Positions 1 to 12,380 of a stretch of DNA of 64,000 nucleotides are shown in pieces; the stretch's first letter is position 1; each line of letters starts with the position of its first letter. The stretch comes from Lama glama. Lineage: Eukaryota. The notes under the pieces were generated by a model that did no database searches, was not told where the DNA came from, and saw nothing but the letters and a program-made list of their open reading frames with translations. Location of the stretch: the NCBI GenBank assembly GCA_028534125.1, contig CM052817.1, positions 86,244,001 to 86,308,000 of the forward strand, given 5' to 3'. The translations under genes were made by a program, and so were the position numbers.

Positions 1-470
1 TGAAAAAAACAATAGAGAATATTAAAATACATTGGAAGGCTAATGTATTTTATTATATAAGGCTATATATGATAAGCAAGAATAGATACAGAAACAATTA
101 TAAATACCCCCAAAAACTCCAAAATGTAAATGTAAGATTTTGTACGTATAATTTATATTGTAAAAAAATATCATGACAGAACTGAAAACCAGCCTACTAA
201 GTATATCAAAGATATAAATGGACATAGCTCATCATTCAGTAAAATATTTTCAGATTGGCTAATGAAGCAGAATCTGATTCATTCTGTATGCAAGATACAT
301 ACCTAAACAGAGCAATTCAGAAAGGGTTAAAGTAAAAGGAAGATCCAATAGCGCTCTTGTCAGAAAATAAGTTTGTGAAGCAATATTACAACTTTCAGAG
401 AGCAGAAATGACAGAAAATGAAAGGAGAAATATATATATTTAAACTGGATTTTAACATAATTCATCCAAT
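1..470 (+). mobile_element. Ancient L1 relic (ORF1/ORF2 junction and start of endonuclease domain)
   Basis: ctgtatgcaagatacatacctaaa...agaaagggttaaagtaaaagga resembles the L1 ORF2 EN start (CLQETHL...ERLKVKG); A-rich + strand; heavily degraded. Confidence 0.5.
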
Positions 471-530
471 AGAAAGTAATTGGAGAATGTGAATGATCCT
501 AACTTTCAATTTGAAAAATACTGTAGTTAC

Positions 531-948
531 TGATAAAGACTTTCTCTTCGACCGGACTTCTCTACCCTCTTCTCCATTAGGCTTTTTAGCCCCACCCTTG
601 CCAGGCCAGCATAACCTGGTTTTTGCAAGTTTCCTACTAAACCAGTTTAGAGAGAATGTCCTCACCGCTGATATCTGATCACCTTTTCTATCTGATCTCT
701 CTGGCCAACCTGCAGCAAGAATTCTATTGGTTTGGCAAGAATCCCCCTACCCTTGATGTCTCTTTGTCATATTTTTCTATCTACTGACCTCCCACTTTGC
801 TCTTTGGCTATAAACTCTCACTTTTCTTTGTTGTATTTGGAGTGAGCTCATTTTTATACTGAAGCCTCTATTACCCTACTGCTATCGTTTCTGAATAAAA
901 TGTATCTTTACCGTTTTAACTACTGTCTGGCTCTTGTTCTCTTTGCCA
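531..948 (+). mobile_element. ERV1 solo LTR, MER31-like
   Basis: TG...CA termini, exact 4-bp TSD TTAC (527-530 / 949-952), TATA-like ggctataaa ~807, AATAAA ~894; tgataaagactttctcttcgacc and aagaatccccctacccttgatg resemble MER31. Confidence 0.85.
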
Positions 949-989
949 TTACTCTTTGAAGAATCAATCTTAGGGAAAAGGAATGGATG

Positions 990-1490
990 TATTGTACCAG
1001 TCTCAAATGGAGATATGATGATGATAGTACCGTGATAGTAACAGTGGCAATGGGAATAGAAGGAAGCAAATGCATTTGAGATACGCTTTGGAGAAAGAAA
1101 GCACAGAGCTATTAGTTTCTTACATGAGAGAAATGAAAGGTGGTAAGTAAACATCACTTCAGAGTCTGAAACTTTGAGAAAAGTTAGAGGTGGAAATAAA
1201 AATGTGGGAGTTATTAACATACAGGCATTTAAAATAATGGTTTTTTCGGTAAATCACCCAACCAAAAGTTTAGACAGACAGTAGATATTAATACAAAACA
1301 AGCCAAGAAAAACCTGTCAAAATTAAGCTGAGGTTAAAAAGTTGAGAGTTGTAAGAAGAATTCCAGTTTGGTGTATTTTTAAGAAAATCCATAAAGGAAA
1401 ATGTTTTGAAGAGGAGGAAATTGTCATTATTTGAAATACTGCTGAGACTTTGGGAAATGTGAGTAGTGCGCATGTATAAGTTATTGGCAG
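990..1490 (-). mobile_element. L2 fragment
   Basis: purine-rich ...agtaacagtggcaatgggaatagaaggaagcaaatgcatttgagatac... typical of antisense L2. Confidence 0.55.
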
Positions 1491-1559
1491 CTGTTAAAAG
1501 AACATTAAAATTATGGATAAGAAAATAGATTAAAATAAGATAAATGGGTCCTTAATTTC

Positions 1560-2300
1560 AGAATTATGGCAAAATAGAAAACCTAAAAACTTTCATTAGA
1601 AAAACAAGAAATGCAACATAAACTGTAACAACTATCCATTTAAATACGTATTAGAGGGTTTCAGGTTCAGGCCCTGATAAAGTAGCTCGCAGGGAACAAG
1701 ATCACGCACTGAAGACTGCTATAAAAGCTGGGCAAAATTGTTTGAAGGCATTGGGGAACAACCAACCCATACAGAGCTTGAGGTGGTTTATTATTAAGAC
1801 AAAATAAGCCTACAGATAAATTTCATTTCTATTTTTTTTTTCCTAACAGTACTTCCCAAATACTGATGTGAAAAAGAGTGCATAAGCAGAAAGGGAAGTT
1901 TTCCCATGCTGAGGAGATGGAGAGATCAGAGTCTGAAGCACCCAATGTGTATGGAACTCATGGGACTAATTTTGAAGAAGGCAGTAACCACAGAGAAGAA
2001 GGCTAAATACGTACAGGTTTCCTTGTGTGTGGCCCACTTCAAAAACACACGTGTACAAGGTAAGACCTCTAGAAGCCCCACAGAAAACAATAGATGGGAG
2101 GCTGAGGCTGATCTTAGATTTCAGCTGGTGGTGAAGAGGAGAAAGAAGTTGTTGTTCAGTGACAGCACAGTGGCTGGCATGGGAGCAGGGAACTACATGG
2201 TTACATGTGGTTCTTCTCCAGGTTTTAGCTTTTATGTGAAATGGTGCTTTCTGGGTGCCCCTTATACTGTTAAATAATTAATCAACTACATTTAAAAGCT
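1560..2300 (+). mobile_element. Old L1M 5'-region relics
   Basis: aaagctgggcaaaattgtttgaaggcattgg motif, similar to the old L1 5' region also seen at ~32300-32350. Confidence 0.4.
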
Positions 2301-2643
2301 GACCTTGAATGGGCATAGGAAAAAAGCATGTCATAAATCCAAGGTAATAATCAATCTAATTTTTATAACTGAGACCTAATTTAAAAGTGTGTTTTTCCTA
2401 CATTCTTAGTTTAAATGAGAAAAATCTCATCTCAATCAGATACATAAAATGTGTATCTTAACATACATAGATTCAGAAAAAGTATTTGTTAAAATTCATG
2501 ATATATATACTTTTATTTAACTAGAATTAAAAAGCACTTTATTAACCTGATAAAAAATATCTTTTGAAAGTCTATGATAAGTGGTTTATGCTATAATGTG
2601 AAATGTTAAAAGATCTCCCTTTACATCTATGAATAAGAAAAAG

Positions 2644-3113
2644 TGTTGTTAGTTTCCTATAGCTGTTGTAATAGACTAATGCAAACATATATTTTTTTTA
2701 AATATGGAAATCAAAAATACAAAATCAGTTCCACCAAGGTGTCAGCAGGACCATGCTCCCTCCAGAGACTCCAGGGAGAAACTATTCCTTGCCTTTTCCA
2801 ACTTGTAGGCTGCATTTCTTGACTTATGATTCCCTCCTGCATCTTCAAGGCAGCAGTGTAGCATCTTCAAATCTCTCTCCACTTCCAATCCTCACATCAC
2901 CTTCTGTTGTCAGTGTCAAATATTCCTCTCCATCACTCTTATGGCACTTATATTTGTGTTTAAGACTCACCAAAATAATTTATGATCATCTCCCATCACA
3001 AGATGTTTACCCTAATCACATATGCAAGTCTCCTTTACCATATAGTGTATCATTTACTGATTGCAGGGACTATGACCTGGGTATCTTTGGAGGCTATCAT
3101 TCAGCCTGGCACA
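2644..3113 (-). mobile_element. MaLR LTR, MLT1C/D-like
   Basis: tgttgttagtttcctatagctg start; caaggtgtcagcaggaccatgctccctc; ends tcattcagcctggcaca. Confidence 0.85.
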
Positions 3114-4061
3114 GATGCCTTCTCTTGCTTCTGTTAGGCGTTGTGCTTTCTGAAAAGCTTTTTAAAAGAAGGCTTTCTCTGAAGGAGAACTAAGAAATGG
3201 TTCAGTATTTGTGGGACATATGAGATAAGGGGAAGTTTTATTTTTTGAATGTGGAAGATAAAGACATCTTCATATGAGGATAGTAATGACAGAAAACTGG
3301 AAATAATGATGTGGGAGGGAGAAAGACTGACTATAGTAACCATGTAAATCCTGCGGGAGAAAGATTTGTCACTTGGTAGATACATTTCACACCATTTTTT
3401 TCACAATACTTCCTGGATTGATCTTACTTGCTTTACTGTCAACGGATATTAATTTTGAGTGTATATTAGTGCATAAGAGACAAAAAAAAAACAGAAAAGA
3501 AGACATAGCACAGTGGATTCTTAGTATTGTAAGTGGAAAACAATAATCAGTAGACACTGAATGAGAGCAGACACTTGGTGTGGCATAAAAAGACATTCAT
3601 ATATCAGATAAGAAGTTGTAAAATTTACGTCTTATCTACTTCCAAACTTTCTATCCTAAAGAAATTACAGGTTCATAAAATGACATTGGGGCTTACATTA
3701 AGGAAATAATTCATACACTCTATTACTCCTGTACTCAATCTCTACTTCTTTTTGAATGAATCATGAGTCATACTGTGCAGTTCCAGTGTGGCCACCCTTA
3801 TCTTTTATTTACAAAAGCAAGATGCCTTTTCATAGTGTCTAAAGTTCTGTGTAACTGAATGTAATATCTCAAAACTGCTAAATTTTAAGAGAATGAAAAA
3901 TGTGTGCTAAATATATTTCAATGCAATTTATTAAAACATTATATATGACAAGAATTTTTGAAACTTAAGCATCAAAGTTGAGAGATAAGGACAAGAACCT
4001 AGATTACACTACTAGAAAATACAGAAATGTAGTAAATATAGTAAGGACGTTATCCTACATT

Positions 4062-4284
4062 GGAGGTCATCAAACTACAAACAACAGGGCTAAGCAGGCC
4101 CATGACCTGTTTTGGTAAATAAAGCTTTATTGGAATAGAGCGACATCATTATTTTTACATGCTGTCTGTTGCTACTTTTGTGCTACGATGACAGATTTGA
4201 GTAACTGTGACGGAGACTCTGTGATACACATTGTCTAATATACTTAGTGGCTGACCCTTCACAGAAAGGTTTGTGAACGACTGT
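4062..4284. mobile_element. hAT-Charlie MITE, MER58A-like
   Basis: cctgttttggtaaataaagctttattggaa...ctgacccttcacagaaaggtttg matches MER58A core and terminus. Confidence 0.8.
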
Positions 4285-5589
4285 CCTAAATAATCTCAGG
4301 TTCAGTGTCATTTGTAAATCGGTTTTGCTTAGTGTGGCCAGGTTTGATTCCCTGTCTAATGGCAATAATTATCACAGCTTCTAGACAGAAACTTCCAATT
4401 ATTTTAAGATTTCATTTATTAGGAATGGTACACTTAATTAAGCCATAGTTGTTACTTAAGGTATAATTAATTAGTGCAGGCATATTGCTTTTATAGGATA
4501 TCATTAATAGGGAGATAGGTTACTTGCTCTGTGACATAGTTATAATTTAAATCCTCATAGATTTATAGAATTTAAGGATAGAACCTGTTTATTATTAATT
4601 ATATCTCACATCATGTATCTCGTGTGATATAGCTCTCATGTAGCAAATGGTTCATGTTGCTGATAATTTATTTTAGACACAATAGTTAGATAAGAGAGAA
4701 TTCATGGTGATTAAGGAAGAATTCATGGAAATGTGGCTGAGAAGGTGAAGAAGAAGGCAAATCAATATGTTCATTTACTAAGTTATGTTGTCCTTCAAGC
4801 ACATAAGAAGTTTTCATTATCAACATCCATATAAATCTATATGTCATATGATTAATCCTATACTTCTGAATGAAATTAATGAAAACAGAGTTTGCATTGG
4901 TTAGATGCAATTTTAAGCATTATTTCTTTAAAATTTAGCCTGAAAACTGATATTTAGTTTTATTAGCAAGAAATTCCACACTTGATGTTAGTTAGTAAAT
5001 ACAGGTGAATTACTCTAGATCATAAAGATGCTGAAATGTAGGGTCCCAAGCATTATTTTAATATATTTAGATTGCATTTTATTTGTTACTATAACTTAAT
5101 AACTTGATGATGGGAGTTTTATATGCCTTCTACATCAGTTTGCTTACACAAGTTTGAATATAGAGAAGTGCCAGATACTTCAGTAAAAGAGATTGGGCCA
5201 CAGGTGACACATAATTATAGGGACGTACAACACAAACTGCTTGTGGACTTCAAAGCAAATTTGGGTTATTGTACTATTTTTTAGTCTTTGTTTCCAAAAG
5301 GAAAACAATTTGGAAAGGAAAAATCATATGAATCTTGAGTACAAGTACTTTCTTAGGCCTTTCAGCATTATGAAAGAACAAGCGAGAAATATGAAAATAT
5401 ATTTCTTGAGAGATAATTCTCAGTTGGCCTCTTGTGTTTCTGTGCATTTTATGAGTAGAAGCACTAGTTGTAGTTTTTCTATACCATCTTTTCAAAGATG
5501 TCTAAGTAGTGGTCAGCCTGGGAAGACCAAGACAGTGTTTATAGACTAGAGAACAGATTTTCTTATTGTTGAGTATAATAAATAGAAGA

Positions 5590-5894
5590 CATCACACAGG
5601 TTTGCTTGCTGCCCAAGTAGTGAAGATTTGGGTTACCTATACTTGACATTCCTCAGCTGTAACTCAAACTGTGTGTACAGCATCCACTAGAGCCCATCGG
5701 CATCACCTCCATTGGTCTTGAGGAAAGAGGAGCCAACATGAACATGAGGCCCATGCAACTGTGTGCCTTGCTGCAATAATAAAGTCCTTAGTCTCTGAAC
5801 AAGGAGTCATGTGTCTTCTGCCAGTTTCCATGAGGCAGGCTACCTTATATGCTTGATAGTAAGGTGTAATCTCAGATCCTCCACAGTTCCTGAA
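5590..5894 (+). mobile_element. ERVL LTR40-like 3' portion
   Basis: aataaagtccttagtctctgaacaaggagtcatgtgtcttctgccag...atctcagatcctccacagttcctga; homologous to the inverted copy at 53891-54680. Confidence 0.75.
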
Positions 5895-6673
5895 AATATT
5901 CCTTTAAAAAACTGTCTGTGGATGTATACCCCTTGGAAAAATAATGCATCCTTTTTAAGGATGCATAATATTCCAGTTAAATGACAATTATATGAAAGGA
6001 TGGATTATTTTAAGCTTTCTCCTAGATTACTATATCTTTTAGGTAAATAGAGTATGTGCAAATTTCTCTGTTTAGCCATGTTCTATATTGAAAAGAACCT
6101 CACATAAAGTCATATAAGCCCAAAACAATTATCAGTTCACTTTTATTTTTCAAAACAATTTCATTGCTTTTTTTAAATGTTTCTATCATCAGCATTTGAA
6201 TAAAACCAAAGTTTAAAAAAATTATTGTGCGTTTTTTTGCCTGTTGTTAAAATTAGAAATTAAGAGGTGACATATTTTAGAACAGTCTTGGATAATCCTA
6301 CTTGGAAATCGGTTATGTGATTTTTTTTTTCTCTTTGAGAATATACGTGGTTAATAAACTGTGGATGAATATTCTTCACTATTTCAAATGTTGTTAGTGC
6401 ATGAAATAAATTACAGATATTGCAACAAGGTAAAGAAATGGAAGAATATAAGCCTTTGAAAATACTGTGATAGCTCTTTCAGGCTGGAAATTAGATAATT
6501 CTTTTCATTTCCTTTTCCTTTTCCTTTTGGAGAACAAAAAAGTCTGCCTCTCAATAATCTAAGGGAGAAAAAAAATACAATTGTCATTATCTTTTACTCA
6601 AGAATGTTTACTATAAGAAGTGGCATTTAGTGCAGTGGTGTTTGTCTCTCCAACAATCAAAAGAGCTAGTGGA

Positions 6674-7525
6674 CTCCTAGAAGAAATAAAAGCAAGAATA
6701 AACAAATGGGACCTAATGAAACTTACAAGCTTCTGCAGAGCAAAGGAAACCAGAAATAAAACAAGAAGAAAACCTACGGAATGGGAGAAAATTTTTGCAA
6801 GTGAAACCGACAAAGGCTTGNNNNNNNNNNNNNNNNNNNNNNNNNNNNNNNNNNNNNNNNNNNNNNNNNNNNNNNNNNNNNNNNNNNNNNNNNNNNNNNN
6901 NNNNNNNNNNNNNNNNNNNNNNNNNNNNNNNNNNNNNNNNNNNNNNNNNNNNNNNNNNNNNNNNNNNNNNNNNNNNNNNNNNNNNNNNNNNNNNNNNNNN
7001 NNNNNNNNNNNNNNNNNNNNNNNNNNNNNNNNNNNNNNNNNNNNNNNNNNNNNNNNNNNNNNNNNNNNNNNNNNNNNNNNNNNNNNNNNNNNNNNNNNNN
7101 NNNNNNNNNNNNNNNNNNNNNNNNNNNNNNNNNNNNNNNNNNNNNNNNNNNNNNNNNNNNNNNNNNNNNNNNNNNNNNNNNNNNNNNNNNNNNNNNNNNN
7201 NNNNNNNNNNNNNNNNNNNNNNNNNNNNNNNNNNNNNNNNNNNNNNNNNNNNNNNNNNNNNNNNNNNNNNNNNNNNNNNNNNNNNNNNNNNNNNNNNNNN
7301 NNNNNNNNNNNNNNNNNNNNGACTGGGATTTCAAAATTGTCGAATAGATAAACAAGATTACACTGTATAGCACAGGGAAATATACACAAAATGTTATGAT
7401 AAATCACAGAGAAAAAAATGTGACAATGAGTGTGTATATGTCCATGAATGACTGAAAAATTGTAAAAAAAAATAATAATAATAAAATAAAATAAAATTCC
7501 AGACCAAGAAAAAAAAAATAAACAA
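6674..7525 (+). mobile_element. Young camelid-type L1, 5'-truncated, spanning an assembly gap
   Basis: Open ORF2 peptide [50 protein letters not shown]1 3'UTR after the gap; A-rich tail; perfect 15-bp TSD AAAAGAGCTAGTGGA (6659-6673 / 7526-7540). Confidence 0.95.
6821..7320. other. Assembly gap (500 N)
   Basis: run of N. Confidence 1.
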
Positions 7526-8365
7526 AAAAGAGCTAGTGGAGTTGGTCTTTTCCATGAGTTCATTCTGGGCCCTAGATGACTTCTGTCTTGTTGCTCTTCA
7601 TAATCCTGTCTTACAGTATCATCCTTATGTTTGAAGTTTAGCAACACTTCTGCATTCCAGCCAGGGAAAAATGTAAGAAAAAATTGAATACAATCATCTT
7701 TGTATTTTTGGAGGTTACCTGGAATTTCTGCCCATCGAATCATTCAAAATTATGCATTATAAAGATTAATGATTGAGTAGGGGACTATGAATGCAATCTG
7801 CTCATGGCCATATGTACTTAAGGTTCTGTTACTAAATAAAGAAAGAAAGAAAGCGTATTAGGGACAATTAGCAGTCTCTACTACAAAGAAGTTACCAAAC
7901 TATTTCCAATTATGAATATTGAAAAGGTTTATTTGCTTTTGCACCATCAACTTGGAAATATCTATACAGACATTCAATAAGAAGAAAAAATAAGAACAGT
8001 AGTAATAATGAGGTGTCTTATAACAAAGTCACGAAAAGCATTTATGTTTAAAATTTGATCATTGTCTTTGGTAGAAAATAAATGAACTAGAAAAATATCA
8101 AATTTGATTTATGTCAATTACATGTATTTATAAAATTTATAAGTCATTGAAATCTTTTAAAAGATAAATTAATTGAAGCTTAGCAAAAAGAAACAAATGT
8201 TTATATACTTTAGTACATTTTAAAAAAAATTAATTCTCTTTCAATCAAGGCTAGATAATAGGTACTGTATTCCCTACAAAATTAAATGCTTCTAAGCTTT
8301 GAAATACTTCATAGAGAAAATAGAGATACGGTTTAACGTAAATCATGTTTGAGTAAAGAATGTGT

Positions 8366-8402
8366 AAAACGATTATAAATCAATAAAAAATGTTAAAAAA
8401 AA
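8366..8402 (+). mobile_element. Ultra-short L1 3' terminus insertion
   Basis: (tgt)aaaacgattataaatcaataaaaaatgtt + poly(A); perfect 11-bp TSD AAAGAATGTGT (8355-8365 / 8403-8413). Confidence 0.8.
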
Positions 8403-9321
8403 AAAGAATGTGTGAATATATATAAGTTAGTGAGAGTGGGAAGGACCCAGAATAAAATAGCAGAACAATTTATTGCCAGTGATCTTTCTATAATATTAGC
8501 AAATTCATTATGATCTATTGTAAGAAGACTGTTTTGCCTTCCTTGGTTCCACTCTCCAAAGTCCCTAAATATTAAGTCAATAGAACAGAAACTTCAACTA
8601 TAGATCCAATTTAACTTCACTGCTCAAGATATGCAGTACAGTTAATATAATCTTAGAACAAAAAGAATCCTTAGAGATTGTCTAATCTTACTCTCTCATT
8701 TAAGCCTGTGGAAATGAGTTTAGCAATTAAACTAAGGTCATGCAAATTCAAAAAAAATACATAGAAAATCTTTATGATAAAATGTAAATTAAAAGTATAA
8801 AGCAATTGGTATTATTAATTTATTTATCTGTAAGTATGTGTAAGAAAATCTGTCTTTTAAAATTATCGGTCTATTATGACATGATTCTCGTAAGTTTAAT
8901 GAATTCAGAACAAATGCTTCTCAATATTTCAAATTTTAGTTTGTCATCCAAATATTATAATAATAATTTACACTTATATACGTAGCAGGAATTTTCTACT
9001 GTGGAAGGTATAAATTATGAGCAAGGGACAATTGTAAACCCCCAAAGTTCATCAAATTCTCAAAATGCACATATGCAGGTTGAAAAAACTACTTGCCAAA
9101 GGGAATTGTGATACCACCCCATAACAGGACTGACCTTTTCAAGTAAAACAAAAGTCATTGATTTGTAAATAGTAACTTTTAAATGCCTGAATTAGTTATT
9201 TATAATGAATATTGAAATCACTCAGTGAAATAAAATACTAACAAATTCTTCCATATAGTTATACTAATTTTACAATAAAATGGATCAAAGCTAACATTCC
9301 CTTCTGATGTAAACTGTTCTA

Positions 9322-9430
9322 ATTATGCCAGGGGCCATCCCAGGTTTGGTAATTCATTAAAAATCCTCACAAAACTCAGTATCAGGTTAGTTTCATGGTT
9401 AAGATTTATTACAGCAAAAGCTACCGAGTA
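9322..9430 (-). mobile_element. ERVL LTR fragment, MER21/MER77-like
   Basis: ccaggtttggtaattcattaaaaatcctcacaaaactcag...catggttaagatttattacagcaaaag. Confidence 0.5.
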
Positions 9431-9649
9431 CAAGCAGTTCTATTCCTACATTATTAATGGATAGTAAAACAAATGATTTGTTTTTTATTCACAGACATTG
9501 CTTATCATTTAGATACATAATTTAAGCATATGGAGATACTCTATTTTCTGATTTCAGGCTCACAACTGAACGGTGCAGTGATTCAGTGTTTCAATTGGGA
9601 TTAAAAAAAAAAGTTTCATTACTAATCTTGTTTGCTCTTTTGCTCCTTT

Positions 9650-10100
9650 GCTAACCTGTAGTCTCCCTTCACATAGCAGCCATAGGTGATACTGCTAAAT
9701 CTTTAAAGAGATTATTGCTTTTTCTTTTCAAAAACTTTATTGGCCACCAATCAAATAAAAAGGTACAGCCTTAACCATTGGCTTAGAAGCCTGTGTGCCT
9801 TACTCCTAGTACATCTCTGACCTCATCTCTTCTCTGTCACACAGACATCCTTATGGAAACGTCACAGATACATTCCTACGCCTAGCCCTCATATGATGCT
9901 TCTACTCTCTGAAAAAAGTTTTCCCTGAATTATATAATATGTTTTTGATATATTTATTGTCTTTCTCACAGTCCTAGAATGTAAACTCTGTGAAACCAAT
10001 ACACTTTCAAAGTTTTACCCATTGCTTTTGCCCCATCCCTATAAATGTACCTAGCATATAGTAAATGCTCAGTAAATCTTTGTGAAATGAATGAAAAATG
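9650..10100 (+). mobile_element. L2 3' end (L2a-like)
   Basis: ctagaatgtaaactctgtga...cctagcatatagtaaatgctcagtaaatctttgtgaaatgaatga terminal motif. Confidence 0.75.
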
Positions 10101-10774
10101 ATCCTCAAACATTTTATAATGGATATGCTTATGTCTTATGGACAAGCCATAATTCGTTTTGCCATTTCTCTAAAAGAATTAAAAGCACTATCCCAGAGAT
10201 TTTATAAGAGTTTTTTGGAATTCTCTGAGGTATATTATGGGGAAAGGTATTTTGCTAATATTTTAACAAGTATTTTCATAATACTAGTTCCTTTTTATTG
10301 AAGTTTTATCAACATCCAGAACACTAGCTCTACAGTTGTACATGCCACATAACAAAACAAAAGCATCTATAAATATTATTAGACAAGAGCATCTATGTGT
10401 ATATATATATATATCATTTCCATAAAAACACGTATGTGTACTTACATAATTGTTTTCATGACAATAAAATTTTTTTATAAAACAATATAGAAAAATCTGG
10501 ATGATTTTTGAGGAGACGGCTCTCAAGCTATGAAGGTGAGAAAGCTACCTTAGCCCAGTTCCTCCACATAAACTGTTTCTAGTACTCCAAGAAGAGTAAC
10601 CTTGTTTAAACATGGGGAAAATAGAAATAGATTCCAAAGCCGACACATACATAACAAGATAAATCATGAAAGCGAACATCGTAACATACAGACAAGAGAA
10701 GTACCAAAAAAAAGAGAAACCTAAAAGAGAGAAAAATTCTAACTTCATATTTTAGTTAACATTTGTTTTTATAG

Positions 10775-11400
10775 TTCATTATTTTAAAATAATTTTAGAT
10801 TTGCAGAAAAAAATGCAAAGTGTTACAGAGAGCTTCAGTACACTTTGACCCAGCTTGCTCTAATATTAACATCTTATAATTCAAAATCAAGATATTAAAT
10901 TTGGTACAATGTTATAAACTTAACTACAGACTTTGTTCAAATTTGCCAGTTTTCCACTATCTTTTATTCATTTCAGGACACTGTCAAGGATCCAGCTGCA
11001 TTAGGTTGTCATGTCAACTTAGAATCCTCCCATAGGTAACAGATAATCTTTCCTTGACTTTCAATGACCTTATAACTTTGAAGATTAGTTTTCTTATGTT
11101 TTCTAGAATGCACATTATTAATGTTTGCCTAATATTCTCTCATGATTAAATTGAAGTTATGTATCTTTGGAAAGTGATATGTCCTCCATGCATCCTACTC
11201 GGGTATATGATGTGGATGTTTTATTATTTGTGATGGTAATCTTGATTATTTAATTAAAGTAATGTCTCCTGGGTTTCACTACTGTAAAGATATTATATTC
11301 GTTTTGTATTTAGTAAATATCTTAAGGGAGATATTTGAGACTATGCAATTATCTTCTTTATCCTCAGAGTTCCTCTCGTTAATTTAAGTATCCACTGGTG
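10775..11400 (-). mobile_element. L1MC-type 3' UTR
   Basis: ttttaaaataattttagatttgcagaaaaaaatgcaaag...gacccagcttgctctaatattaacatctt. Confidence 0.7.
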
Positions 11401-11449
11401 GATGAGAGATTTCTCTCATCCGTATTCTCTCTTTCATTCTGTCTTTTCC

Positions 11450-12055
11450 CATCCACCTCCTAAAGGTAACCAATCTTATTATTTATGAATTATCTTTTCT
11501 GTGTCTTTCATACAAATGAGCAGATTCATGTTGTTTTATATCTCCTTATTTCTTACATGAAGTGTAGCATACTGTATATTCTTTTGCACTTTGCTTTTTT
11601 CATCTTATATGTTGGAAATCATCAGTTCTTCTTTCCTACTCTTTGTTAAAAATGCATAATACTCCTTAATGTGTGCATTTATATGTTTTTCAAGCATTCT
11701 TATTTATATATGTGGGCATTTAGATTGCTTCTAATATTTTGCAGGTACAAAAATACTGTAAGGAATAACATAGTGCATGTATATTTTCTTATAGTTAGGG
11801 GGTGTAATTTTAAGGCAGATTTTTAAAAGTGGAATTTCTGTGTCAAAAAGTAAGTTCCTGTGTAGTTTTGTTAGACTTTTCCAACCTTTCCTCCAGAAGG
11901 GCTGTATGAATAGAGTTTGTATGTTCACCAGCAATAAATGAGAGTGTTGCTTTATAGACTCACCTGCAAAAATGTCACTCCTTGTCATTTCAAACAGTCT
12001 GATAGGTAAAAAAGGAATCCGGGTGTTATTTTAATTGGTGTTTCCCTAATTATGA
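11450..12055 (-). mobile_element. Old L1 (L1ME-type) ORF2 C-terminus/3' UTR
   Basis: ORF 11731..11988 (-) QPFWRKGWKSLTKLHRNLLFDTEIPLLKI is a degenerate ORF2 C-terminal motif (cf. QPLWK..W..L..L...LPYDPAIPLLGI). Confidence 0.7.
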
Positions 12056-12119
12056 GGAAGTAGATAGTTGAATATCAGATAGTTGAATATCAATGTATAT
12101 GGAAGTACATTAGTAGTGT

Positions 12120-12380
12120 TAAAAAATTAGCCCTATTTAAAGGCTACCTTCACCTAACCTAACAAAGCTTAAAAACGGACCATTTTGTTTCCAGGTAACT
12201 GAACTCTGTCCCAAAACCAGGCTCAAGAATATTTATAGGAGTACATAAATATCCACCACCTAACAAAATAAAATTCACTATGTTCATCATCAAAATTATC
12301 AGGGAAGCAAAGAAACAGAAAATAAGACTCACTGGACAAAGTCAGTCTCAATAAAAATAGACACGTAGGTGACACATACA
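12120..12380 (+). mobile_element. Old L1M fragment (upstream of ORF1)
   Basis: aaaataaaattcactatgttcatcatcaaaattatcagggaagcaaagaaacagaaaat motif. Confidence 0.45.

Larger units (their letters stand above)
6585..7884 (-). mobile_element. Old MaLR LTR (MLT1J/I-like) split by the L1 insertion at 6674-7525
   Basis: cttctgtcttgttgctct...tctgcattccagccagg...gggacaattagcagtctctactaca after the L1; sequence continues across the L1 TSD. Confidence 0.5.

Noticed and set aside
1906..3193. 123-aa and 146-aa ORFs
   Set aside because: They lie in L1 and MLT1 relics; no recognisable domain or exon structure
6598..7743. Long ORFs (381, 243, 199, 191 aa)
   Set aside because: Length comes from the 500-N gap; the only meaningful part is an L1 ORF2 peptide
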